IMG/VR virus record: IMGVR_UViG_3300008050_000030
Strand: one strand, 5' to 3'
DNA: 19,895 nt
DNA from: a virus
In this document: positions 8,380 through 15,665 of the stretch, piece after piece
How positions within the stretch are numbered: position 1 is the stretch's first letter
How the letters are laid out: each line of letters begins with the position of its first letter
Notes under the pieces: model-generated
The model's database searches: none
The model's input: the letters and a program-made list of their open reading frames with translations, nothing else
Told to the model about the DNA's origin: nothing
Translations under genes and position numbers: made by a program

Positions 8380-9324
8380 ATGCCCGGTGGACGGCCCAAG
8401 AAGATCAAGCCCCCTTGCAAACTCGACGGCTGCGAGAAGCCATCGAAGTCCAGAGGGATGTGCGGCACGCACTACATGCAGCTCCGTCGCGGCGCCATCG
8501 ACGAGCGCGGTGCCTCGCTGCGGCCCATGAAGCAGGGCCGGGACGGCGGCTGTGAAGTCGATGGCTGCGGTGACCCGATCGTCGCCCGTCGGATGTGCAG
8601 CAAGCACTACCAGCGGCGGATGTCGGGCGCTTCGGGGGAGGCGAGAGAGCGCCACGCCAACCACTCCCGTGAAGGCGTGTGCAGGCTGGAGGGGTGCGGC
8701 AGGGAGATCGAGAATGGAAGAGTCCGGATGTGCCGTCGCCACTACGCGCAGTACTATCGCCGGATCATTGATGAGGACGGAGTCCGGCTCCGGGAGTTGA
8801 AGAGGGTCCCGTCAGCGGAGGGCCTGGCCTGTTCCGTCCCAGACTGCCACTCCCGGCCGACGAGGCGCGGCATGTGCCAGAAGCACCGGAGGCAGGAGCA
8901 GGCGGGCCTGATTGACGAGCAGGGCAACAAGCTCCGAGAGCACAAGACTCGGGGACGGCCCAGAAGGAAGGCCCGCTGGAGGACCTCGGGCGGGTACGTC
9001 CGCAAGCACGCGCCGGAGCACCCCAACGCCGACAAGTACGGCAACGTCCTGGAGCACCGTCTGGTGATGGAGGCCCATCTCGACCGACTTCTTGGCCCGA
9101 AGGAGGTCGTGCACCACATCAATGGGAAGCGGGACGACAACCGCCTGGAGAACCTGCAGCTGCGTCAGTGGACCACGCACCCTCCTGGATCAGAGCCCGT
9201 GGACGACATCGAGGCCGCCCTGGGGCTTCTGGAAGAGCGCTTGACCAAGAACACCACGGGCGGTGAGGCTCACTTGGAGAGGCTCCAGGACCTGCTCGAT
9301 CGGGAATCGGCCAGATCCGCGTGA
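8380..9324 (+). CDS. Free-standing HNH homing endonuclease with four N-terminal tandem Cys3His zinc-finger-like repeats.
   Basis: The C-terminus reads VVHHINGKRDDNRLENLQL, which is the HNH motif. There are four repeats of C-x3-(G/D)C-x7-9-C-x2-H(Y/R)-x3-RR. GGAGG lies 6 nt before the ATG at 8380; the ORF track's 8353 start lacks an RBS. Codon usage is rich in AGA and AGG, unlike neighbouring genes. The gene is flanked by a duplicated sheath 3' end. Confidence 0.85.
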   Translation: MPGGRPKKIKPPCKLDGCEKPSKSRGMCGTHYMQLRRGAIDERGASLRPMKQGRDGGCEVDGCGDPIVARRMCSKHYQRRMSGASGEARERHANHSREGVCRLEGCGREIENGRVRMCRRHYAQYYRRIIDEDGVRLRELKRVPSAEGLACSVPDCHSRPTRRGMCQKHRRQEQAGLIDEQGNKLREHKTRGRPRRKARWRTSGGYVRKHAPEHPNADKYGNVLEHRLVMEAHLDRLLGPKEVVHHINGKRDDNRLENLQLRQWTTHPPGSEPVDDIEAALGLLEERLTKNTTGGEAHLERLQDLLDRESARSA

Positions 9325-9338
9325 CCCTGGTGGTCTGA
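9311..9338 (+). repeat. Downstream copy of the 28-bp duplicated sheath 3' end, lying in the +1 frame across the HNH stop codon.
   Basis: See the paired repeat at 8306-8333. The duplicated sequence ends exactly where homology to the sheath gene ends. Confidence 0.85.
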
Positions 9339-9471
9339 TTCCTGGCAGGGATGCCGGGAGAAGAGTACGCTGTCTTCACACCGAGGACGTGATGGTGGCC
9401 TGCAGTGGGTAGGTCACAAGCAGTCTCCGAGAGGATCTGCTCACCACACCTCTTGACCCTGTGAGATCGCC

Positions 9472-10284
9472 ATGACGTACCAGTTCCCTCTCGAGCCCGG
9501 ACAGGCTCCCCTCTCTGTCACCGTCGAAGGTGGCGATCCCTGGGGCGACCGTCGTCTGCACCGCAAGCACGACGCCCGTTGGCGCGGCATCGCCCGACAG
9601 TTCGTGGACGAGCGTGCTCCTGGCGGAGTCGGCTACATCCGCGTCATCGACTTCGCCAACCACGTGGACGGGGAAGACCTGACCCTCGGGTCGCGGATCT
9701 ACGAGCTGGACACCGTGCCGGATGGAGTCACCGCCGGCTCCGTCGCCGTCGACGTCAGCGGCGTCGGCTCGAACGCTGACCTCGCAGTGGAGATCGCAGC
9801 GGCCATCAACGGTGACGCGGACCGTGAGGTCGATGCGGCTGTCGTCGACACCGACAAGGTGGTCTTCCTGCCGCGCACCAACTGGGGTGCCGCGGGCAAC
9901 CTCGCCATGGTGTCCACCATCAACGTCCTGGATGTTCCGGCTCCCGCTGCGCTCATGACCGGGGGCGAGCTGCCTGCGGCCATCCGCCGCTGCCAGGGCT
10001 CCTACACCGTGACGCTGGCCGATGTGACGGCTCTCACCGCCGGCGACGTCATTCCCGTCGGCTCGGTGCCGTGGACCAACGCCCCGGCCTGGACGCATCT
10101 CCAGCTCGAGTCCAGCGTCGGCCTGCTCAAGCCTCTCTCGGGCGAAGCCGGTGCCGTCGACGCAGCCACCTACGGCTGGGTGCAGGTGAACGCCAACCGC
10201 CGAGCCCTGCTCGTCTCCGCCACCGTGGTGTCGGGACTCCCCTTCGCCGCCGGCGACGTCCTCCACTGGCAGACCTCGGTCTGA
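9472..10284 (+). CDS. Hypothetical tail protein (270 aa) carrying one copy of the roughly 70-aa domain that is tandemly repeated inside the sheath insertion region.
   Basis: ADLAVEIAAAINGDADREVDAAVVDTDKVVFLPRTNWGAAGNL aligns with sheath AAEVASAINAAVGEDVASVVVGGASEVMIRSNTWGALSSI and with DDAVAAINLAHGGAAIASISTTFMRLTS. GC3 is high. The gene lies between the sheath/HNH genes and the tube gene. Confidence 0.55.
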   Translation: MTYQFPLEPGQAPLSVTVEGGDPWGDRRLHRKHDARWRGIARQFVDERAPGGVGYIRVIDFANHVDGEDLTLGSRIYELDTVPDGVTAGSVAVDVSGVGSNADLAVEIAAAINGDADREVDAAVVDTDKVVFLPRTNWGAAGNLAMVSTINVLDVPAPAALMTGGELPAAIRRCQGSYTVTLADVTALTAGDVIPVGSVPWTNAPAWTHLQLESSVGLLKPLSGEAGAVDAATYGWVQVNANRRALLVSATVVSGLPFAAGDVLHWQTSV

Positions 10285-10297
10285 GAAGGAGCCTCTG

Positions 10298-11056
10298 ATG
10301 GCCCAGCTTTCTGGATGGTCGCCCTACGACAGCTACGTGCAGGGCGGCATGATCGACGGCCGGTTCATGTCGGCCGCCTTCACCCTCATCGCCGCGGGAC
10401 CCCCGCGTCTGGCGGCGGTGGCAGGTGGGAACGGAGATCTCGGCTCCCCGGCCGAGTTCGCCTTCCCCATCGGCGTGGTGCAGAACTTCAACCTCTCCCA
10501 CAACCGGCAGTTCAGCCGGTTCTGGGAGGTCGGCTCGGAGCGCAGCTACTTCATCAGCGGCCGGACCATGGGGCAGATGTCGCTCTCGCGCATCATGTAC
10601 CACGGGTCCTCGCTGATGCGGGTGCTCTACGCCTACTACCAGGACCTGATCCCCGACACGGGGGCCTCGTTCGCGGCCATGTTCGACAACCCCGGCATCG
10701 CCGGCGTCGCCAACAAGCACGACGTCGTCATCCCGCCGGGCTACGAGAACGTGTTCCTGAACCTGGCCTCGGACCTGTTCGCCCAGCCCATCGGCATCCT
10801 GCTGTACTTCCGCGACAGCAACATGGCCACCCTGGGGGCCGGGTACCTCGAGTCCTGCTACGTCCCGGCGATCAACCTCGCCTCGGACTCGCAGGGCACG
10901 GTGATCCAGGAGTCGGCGCAGATCCAGTTCGAGCGGATGATGCCCATCGACGTCAACGCGGTCGCCCTGATCCGCGGCGGCATCGATGAGCTGATCCCCG
11001 GCGCGGACATGCTGCCCTCCGGGTCCATCCCCTCGGGAGGATTCCCTCCGGGGTAG
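10298..11056 (+). CDS. Putative tail tube protein (252 aa).
   Basis: The gene sits in the position downstream of the sheath. GAAGGAG lies 7 nt before the ATG. There is weak motif resemblance to the gp19 tube family (P-x-G-V-V-x7-NRQ...). It is followed by a strong terminator. It is larger than typical tube proteins, so confidence is moderate. Confidence 0.45.
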   Translation: MAQLSGWSPYDSYVQGGMIDGRFMSAAFTLIAAGPPRLAAVAGGNGDLGSPAEFAFPIGVVQNFNLSHNRQFSRFWEVGSERSYFISGRTMGQMSLSRIMYHGSSLMRVLYAYYQDLIPDTGASFAAMFDNPGIAGVANKHDVVIPPGYENVFLNLASDLFAQPIGILLYFRDSNMATLGAGYLESCYVPAINLASDSQGTVIQESAQIQFERMMPIDVNAVALIRGGIDELIPGADMLPSGSIPSGGFPPG

Positions 11057-11077
11057 CGGTTCCGCGGAGTGATCGGT

Positions 11078-11108
11078 GAAGGCCCTCGTGTGACCCACGA
11101 GGGCCTTC
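11078..11108. terminator. Bidirectional intrinsic-terminator-like hairpin between the convergent plus-strand tail genes and the minus-strand operon.
   Basis: A perfect 13-bp stem, GAAGGCCCTCGTG and CACGAGGGCCTTC, encloses a 5-nt loop (tgacc). It lies 22 nt after the tube stop and 6 nt after the stop of the minus-strand gene ending at 11114. There is no strong T tract on either side. Confidence 0.6.
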
Positions 11109-11113
11109 GTCGT

Positions 11114-11851
11114 TCAGAAGGTGGAGCTGATGAAGCGCTTGTTCCACCAGGCGTAGCGGACCGCCGTGAAGCCCAGGGGCAGGGCCGACTGCGTCTTCCA
11201 GAGCAGCGACCCCTCGGAGGTCCACTCGATGTCCACTCCCGCCTCTACGTCGGCCTGGACAGCCTGCAGGACGGCCTGCTCCAGCTCGATGCCGAGTTCC
11301 ACCCGCCCCTCTCCGTAGAAGGAGAACTTCAGCCACTCGGCGTAGACCGTCGACTCGACGATGTCGACTTGCCGCTCGACGGGGAAGCCCGCGCGCCTGG
11401 ACTTCATCAGCCGCACCACCTCCCGCATGTCCCCGCAGTCCAGCGAGGAGTTGACCATCTGCAGGTAGTCCAGATCGGTCAGGTAGTCCGGCTCGCCGAT
11501 GCGGTTGAGCTCGTCGTGCACCAGCTTCTTCTGGGTCAGCGGACCCACCTGCACCTGGACCTGCTTGCCGACGGAGAGGCCGGCACGCAAGGAGGCGATC
11601 TGAGGCACCCCCACCTTCAGGCCGGCGTTCGGCACCGACACGGTGTGGGTCCAGTGGTCCAGCAGCGCGGAGGACTGCAGGGGCGGGCTGATGCTCAGGT
11701 CCTCGGGGAAGCAGTCCAGGTCCGCCAGGTGCTGCAGCACCTCGCCCTGGTTGTTCAGCAGGGTGCCAGGGGTGATGTCCTCGCTGGGGAGGCGGAGCAG
11801 GTAGATCCGGTGCTTCTTCAGGAAGCGTCGCAGGGGCTGAAGCAGGCTCAC
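11114..11851 (-). CDS. Hypothetical 245-aa protein, the terminal gene of the minus-strand unit, with its own strong RBS. It is a candidate effector or toxin-like cargo.
   Basis: A GTG start at 11851 is preceded by GAGGTGATCC, a near-perfect anti-SD complement. It is separated from the upstream RHH gene by a 123-bp spacer containing direct repeats. It has a basic N-terminal helix (LRRFLKKHRIYLLRLP) and an aromatic C-terminus (YAWWNKRFISSTF). I could not recognise a family. Confidence 0.6.
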   Translation of the reverse strand: MSLLQPLRRFLKKHRIYLLRLPSEDITPGTLLNNQGEVLQHLADLDCFPEDLSISPPLQSSALLDHWTHTVSVPNAGLKVGVPQIASLRAGLSVGKQVQVQVGPLTQKKLVHDELNRIGEPDYLTDLDYLQMVNSSLDCGDMREVVRLMKSRRAGFPVERQVDIVESTVYAEWLKFSFYGEGRVELGIELEQAVLQAVQADVEAGVDIEWTSEGSLLWKTQSALPLGFTAVRYAWWNKRFISSTF

Positions 11852-11950
11852 GGATCACCTCAAGCTAAGAGAGGGGCGGGTCCGGGGGATCAGTCCCAGC
11901 GCGAGGAGGAGAGATGTACGCCGAGCTGCAGACCCACGCCCTCCCCGACA

Positions 11951-11971
11951 GCGTGACGGGGAGGGCGTGAC
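11951..11971. promoter_or_regulatory. Direct repeat GCGTGAC occurring twice with 14-bp spacing, in the spacer between the RHH gene and the terminal 245-aa gene. It is a candidate RHH operator.
   Basis: GCGTGAC lies at 11951-11957 and at 11965-11971. It is immediately downstream of the RHH stop and upstream of the RBS of the 11114-11851 gene. Confidence 0.3.
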
Positions 11972-11974
11972 AGG

Positions 11975-12172
11975 TCAAGGTTCCTGGGGCAGCAGGGTCT
12001 TGGTGTTCAGGAGCACATCGTCGCGCTCCAGGCGCTCCCGGACGTCGTCGAGCAGCGCGTTGGTCACCTCCGAGACGGAGACAGTCCTCCCCCGCTCCCG
12101 CTCCGCTTCCGCCCGAAGACGGTCGACGAGGCGAGAGTTGGGGAGGGACATGTTGATCACTCGGGAGGGCAC
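11975..12172 (-). CDS. Ribbon-helix-helix (CopG/Arc/MetJ-like) DNA-binding protein.
   Basis: The segment NMSLPNSRLVDRLRAEAERERGRTVSEVTNALL has the beta-strand, helix, helix pattern of RHH antitoxins and repressors. A GTG start at 12172 is preceded by GAGGAC with a 7-nt spacer; an alternative ATG lies at 12151. Confidence 0.55.
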   Translation of the reverse strand: MPSRVINMSLPNSRLVDRLRAEAERERGRTVSVSEVTNALLDDVRERLERDDVLLNTKTLLPQEP

Positions 12173-12402
12173 GCCAAGTCCTCGTCGACTCGACAGAGCT
12201 CATCGAACTCGTCAGCCTCGTCGACCGGGGGCGACGGCGTCTCGTCTTCCAACGGCCCCACGTCCTTCAGCGCGTCGCGCAGGGACTGGAAGACCGCCAT
12301 GCCTCCGTCGAACAGGGCCATGGACAGCCTCCCCTCCTTCCGAGGGTCGAACTTGGCCATGTAGAGCTGGTGGGCCTTGGCGAGCCACTGCTCCCGGGTC
12401 AC
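12157..12402 (-). CDS. Hypothetical small protein (81 aa) with an acidic C-terminus.
   Basis: The GTG start overlaps the upstream stop (GTGA). GC3 is high. The C-terminal tail reads DETPSPPVDEADEFDE. Confidence 0.45.
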   Translation of the reverse strand: MTREQWLAKAHQLYMAKFDPRKEGRLSMALFDGGMAVFQSLRDALKDVGPLEDETPSPPVDEADEFDELCRVDEDLACPPE

Positions 12403-12827
12403 TCGTACACCCCCTGCCCGGCCGCCTTCAGCGCCGCCTCCTGCTGCATCCGCTCCATCACGGCGGCCCCGCGCGAGCGGGAGAGGGCGATGCCCATGAC
12501 GGCGCTCGCCTCGGTGGCGCCGAGGCGGAACACGGCGTCGACGGTGTCGTCGGTGACCAGCCCGGAGTACTCGGTGATCATGTACTGGCCCAGTCCCGCC
12601 CAGACGGAGGAGAGGAGCGCGTGGCTCTGCAGGGGCCGCGCCGACATCGTGGCCATCGACAGGGGCTTGATCACCTCGTCCTGCTTGATGGGGCCGGTGA
12701 CGGCCAGGAAGAAGGAGAGGCCGGCGTCGCTGAGGATCTGGGCCGCCTCCTCCAGCTTCTGCTGCATGGTGAGGGGGTCGGTGAGGTCAGGCATGTCGGC
12801 CATGCGGGTGGGGTCGTCGTCGATCAT
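12399..12827 (-). CDS. Hypothetical protein (142 aa).
   Basis: The ATG at 12827 lies in an ATGA overlap with the stop of the vWA gene. GC3 is high. No family was recognised. Confidence 0.5.
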   Translation of the reverse strand: MIDDDPTRMADMPDLTDPLTMQQKLEEAAQILSDAGLSFFLAVTGPIKQDEVIKPLSMATMSARPLQSHALLSSVWAGLGQYMITEYSGLVTDDTVDAVFRLGATEASAVMGIALSRSRGAAVMERMQQEAALKAAGQGVYE

Positions 12828-14671
12828 CGGGCTTTTCCTGTCAGGTACTGGTGGAAGAGCTTCTCCCCGAGCGACACGAGCGCCTGCCCGGCGGAATCGC
12901 AAGGGCACTGGGAGAAGAACTTGGTGGAGTGGGACATGAACATCGCGTCTTCGTAGCTGATCTGCCCTCCCACGTAGAGGGTCTGCACGCGGATTCCTTC
13001 GCGCATGGCCTCCATGATGTTGCGGCGGACGTGGGTCTTGGCCCCCGATCCGGTGGGAGCTCCGTCGGTCAGGTGGATGAGCTGACGGAAGCCGGTCTTC
13101 GTCATCAGCTCCCGGGCCGCCACGCGAATGGCGGTGTGTGATGGGGTGGAGCCTCCGAGGATCGTGTTGTCGTTGTTGGCGGGCATCTTGCGGATGGGGT
13201 GCCCCATCCGGTGGATGACCACTTCGCTATCCCAGCCGCCGTAGTAGATCCAGACCTGCCCCTCCACGCCGGGGAAGTTCAGGGCCTTGGCCAGCTGCAG
13301 CGCTGCTCGAGCTTCCTGCTCGAACAGAGAGCCCACCACGGACCCCGAGCCATCGAGCAGGAGCAGGTACTTGAAGCCCGGCAGAGGTCGGGGAGACCGG
13401 AAGATCGGCCCCTCCTTCGTCATGCGGCGCTGCACGGCGGCCTGGATGTCCACCGTCGTCCCTTCGTAGTCCAGGTGGGTGCGCTGCTTGCCGCGGATCT
13501 TGACGAACTTCGAGTGCAGCCGCGAGGTGATCGCCAACTCCTCTCCCGTCAGCACCCGCGGCACGAGCTGCGAGTCCTGGATGTCGTGGAGCTGGACCTT
13601 GGCCTTCGCGTCCTCCGTCAGCCACTCGTCCTTGTCGGGGACGTCGGACTGCCCCGACTGCAGATCAGCGATGGTCTGCAGCATGGCGGCAGCCGCCGCG
13701 GCCTGGGTGTCGGGGTTGTCCAGGTGCTGAGAACCCCCCATGGCTGCAGCAGCCTGAGCCTGCGCTGCAGGGTCAAAGCGGTGGGCGTCCAGCTTCTTCT
13801 TGACGTACCCCTCGACGGGCGTGTCGCTGTGCCCCTGGCTCTTGAGCAGGTCGATGTCGCCTTGGCCCAGCAGAGCCATGAGGCGCAGCGCCACGGCCTG
13901 CGTCACCGCGGGATCCTGCTGCCCCGGGTCGCCCAAGAGGGTGGCCACTGCCCCGGCACCGCTCGGGGCGTTCCCGGCAGGCTGAGCGGCGGCTCCCGTC
14001 TTCTGCGCGAAGCGGTCTCCCAGGAGCTTCGTCAGCTTGGACATCAGCTTGGCCGCCGCAGCCATGCAGGAGGTGAAGTCCGAGGAGACGCAGTCCAGGT
14101 ACGCCTGCTCGATGGCTGGTTGCACGGCCAGGAAGTCTGCGTCTGCGTCAGCGGGCGCCTGGCCGAACATGCAGCTCAGCATGAACTGGAAGAAGTCCTT
14201 CTTGGCTCCCTCCGTCTGCTCTCGGCCGATCCGCTTCCACCGCGCCACCAGGAGGTCGTAGTCCCCCGGGTTGAACTGGCCCCACCAGTAGGCGACGCGG
14301 TTGTCGTCCAGGATGTTCACGACGTGGTGGATGAAGGCGGCCAGGGGCTCCGTCTGCCCCGAGAGGGTGCGGTCTCCCTTGGCCAGGAAGTCCGTGATGA
14401 TCCGGTCCGCCAGCTTGGTGGTGAAGTGGTGCATCGCCTCGATGTTCGAGCCGAAGACGATGTGGCTCAGCTCGTGGCCCGCCACGAGCCATGCCTCGGG
14501 GTCGGCGAGAGGCACGTTGACCTGCCGGCCGTCGGTGCTGCCGAAGGGAGCGTCGCGGAGCCAGATGGGCTGGCCGAGGGCTTTGCTGGTGGTGTTGACG
14601 AGCTTGTAGCAAGCGTCCTTCGTCTGCCACGCGGGTCCGCGCAGCGACGCTGGGAGAGTGAAGTCGGCCAC
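12824..14671 (-). CDS. CobT/NorD/CbbO-like partner protein (615 aa) with a C-terminal von Willebrand factor A domain and an N-terminal region containing an HExxH motif.
   Basis: The C-terminal vWA domain has the MIDAS motif LLLDGSGSV, followed by ...GGSTPSHTAI... and ...IHLTDGAPTG. The N-terminal region contains AGHELSHIVFGSNIEAMHH. The GTG start at 14671 is preceded by GAGGAGG. Its size matches phage and bacterial CobT-like vWA partners of AAA_5 ATPases. Confidence 0.75.
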   Translation of the reverse strand: MADFTLPASLRGPAWQTKDACYKLVNTTSKALGQPIWLRDAPFGSTDGRQVNVPLADPEAWLVAGHELSHIVFGSNIEAMHHFTTKLADRIITDFLAKGDRTLSGQTEPLAAFIHHVVNILDDNRVAYWWGQFNPGDYDLLVARWKRIGREQTEGAKKDFFQFMLSCMFGQAPADADADFLAVQPAIEQAYLDCVSSDFTSCMAAAAKLMSKLTKLLGDRFAQKTGAAAQPAGNAPSGAGAVATLLGDPGQQDPAVTQAVALRLMALLGQGDIDLLKSQGHSDTPVEGYVKKKLDAHRFDPAAQAQAAAAMGGSQHLDNPDTQAAAAAAMLQTIADLQSGQSDVPDKDEWLTEDAKAKVQLHDIQDSQLVPRVLTGEELAITSRLHSKFVKIRGKQRTHLDYEGTTVDIQAAVQRRMTKEGPIFRSPRPLPGFKYLLLLDGSGSVVGSLFEQEARAALQLAKALNFPGVEGQVWIYYGGWDSEVVIHRMGHPIRKMPANNDNTILGGSTPSHTAIRVAARELMTKTGFRQLIHLTDGAPTGSGAKTHVRRNIMEAMREGIRVQTLYVGGQISYEDAMFMSHSTKFFSQCPCDSAGQALVSLGEKLFHQYLTGKAR

Positions 14672-14680
14672 GGGGCCTCC

Positions 14681-14932
14681 TCAGAAGATGTAGGTGTCTG
14701 CGGGCAGAGCAGCGGTGAAGGCGTCACCGTCGTAGTGGACATCGAGCATGGCTTCGAGGAAGGCGCTGTCTTCGATGGCCTGGATGTCCCGGATGGACTG
14801 CTCCTCGATGATCTTGGTGATCGGGTAGTCGGGGGAGGAGACCCCCCAATCGACCCCGATCGACCAACGATTCACCGGTTTGTCCACCGCAGGCGACGTG
14901 ACGGTGAAGAAGGGGATGGTGTACCGCGCCAT
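14681..14932 (-). CDS. Hypothetical small protein (83 aa).
   Basis: The ATG lies 1 nt after the upstream stop (TGACATG), and GAGG lies upstream. Its own stop overlaps the RBS of the vWA gene. Confidence 0.45.
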   Translation of the reverse strand: MARYTIPFFTVTSPAVDKPVNRWSIGVDWGVSSPDYPITKIIEEQSIRDIQAIEDSAFLEAMLDVHYDGDAFTAALPADTYIF

Positions 14933-14933
14933 G

Positions 14934-15239
14934 TCAGCCTCGCGGGGTGTCGTCGTCGAGGAGTACTCGAGCGGGATGCTCCTCAGGGTCATGGTCGTCG
15001 CCGGGGACCACCTCGTAGGGCAGGAGCACGTCGCCGCTGTCGTCGAGCACGATGCCCTCGATGTGGAGTTCCCAGTGTCCCTCCTCCAGGCGTAGGTCGA
15101 AGATCGGGGTGGGCACGGCCTCAGCGTCCGCCTCTGGGTTGGCGAGGAAGCGAAGCTGCGCCGGGCCCAGGCGCTCCTTGTCCTTTCGGGACTCCAGGAA
15201 CGCCCGGACCTGTGCAGCGAATGAGAGGTCTCCCGACAT
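14934..15239 (-). CDS. Hypothetical acidic protein (101 aa).
   Basis: It has an ATG start and high GC3, and is very acidic (PEADAEAVP, DDSGDVLLPYEVVPGDDHDPEEH). Confidence 0.45.
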   Translation of the reverse strand: MSGDLSFAAQVRAFLESRKDKERLGPAQLRFLANPEADAEAVPTPIFDLRLEEGHWELHIEGIVLDDSGDVLLPYEVVPGDDHDPEEHPARVLLDDDTPRG

Positions 15240-15260
15240 GGATCTAGGGTACCTACTCGG

Positions 15261-15665
15261 TCAGGTGTGGTCGAAGACGATGAGCATCTGCCCCTCGGGC
15301 AGGCGCACATCGAGGTGCTCTTGTACGTGATCCCTCAGCACGCCCCAGAGACGTCGGGCCTGGCTGATCTTCGGCTGCAGCTCGAGCATCGTCCAGCAGA
15401 CGCTGTCGAGCTGCATGCGCAGGGCCACGATGCCCATCCACTTCTCGTCGCAGTCGGGGGAGCTGCTCTCGAAGGAGAGGTTCTCCAGCTCCGGGGGACA
15501 GGTCGCCAAGAAGTCGTCCCAGTTGTCGACCCAAGAGCCGAACTTCATGCCCCCCTCGACGGGGAACTCCTCGGGGGGAGCGACCCCCCAGATCACGGCT
15601 GCGAAGCACTCGCCCATTGGCCGTTCTCCTCGTGGTTGAAGGGTAAGAGGAAGACGCAGCTGCAT
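15261..15665 (-). CDS. Hypothetical protein (134 aa; alternative start at 15617 giving 118 aa).
   Basis: The ATG at 15665 overlaps the stop of the RNR-fragment gene by 1 nt (TGATG). An alternative ATG at 15617 has GAGGAG upstream. Confidence 0.45.
   Translation of the reverse strand: MQLRLPLTLQPRGERPMGECFAAVIWGVAPPEEFPVEGGMKFGSWVDNWDDFLATCPPELENLSFESSSPDCDEKWMGIVALRMQLDSVCWTMLELQPKISQARRLWGVLRDHVQEHLDVRLPEGQMLIVFDHT

Noticed and set aside
4488-8468. A 1326-aa ORF on the minus strand antiparallel to the sheath gene.
   Set aside because: It is an antisense shadow ORF typical of 70% GC DNA. It has low-complexity Gly/Arg/Asp composition, no RBS and no sensible start. The plus-strand frame carries the recognisable sheath N- and C-terminal motifs.
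9325-9471. The 147-bp non-coding stretch after the HNH gene as a small RNA or additional repeat element.
   Set aside because: Only weak, imperfect inverted repeats were found. The sequence is best explained as the remnant 3' flank of the endonuclease insertion plus the leader of the next gene.
11114-11851. Possibility that the 245-aa terminal protein is a bacterial gasdermin-like pore former.
   Set aside because: It has only generic features, namely a basic N-terminal helix and a size of about 245 aa. There is no N-terminal cysteine, no adjacent protease gene and no motif I can align. It is kept as an unknown cargo, not called.
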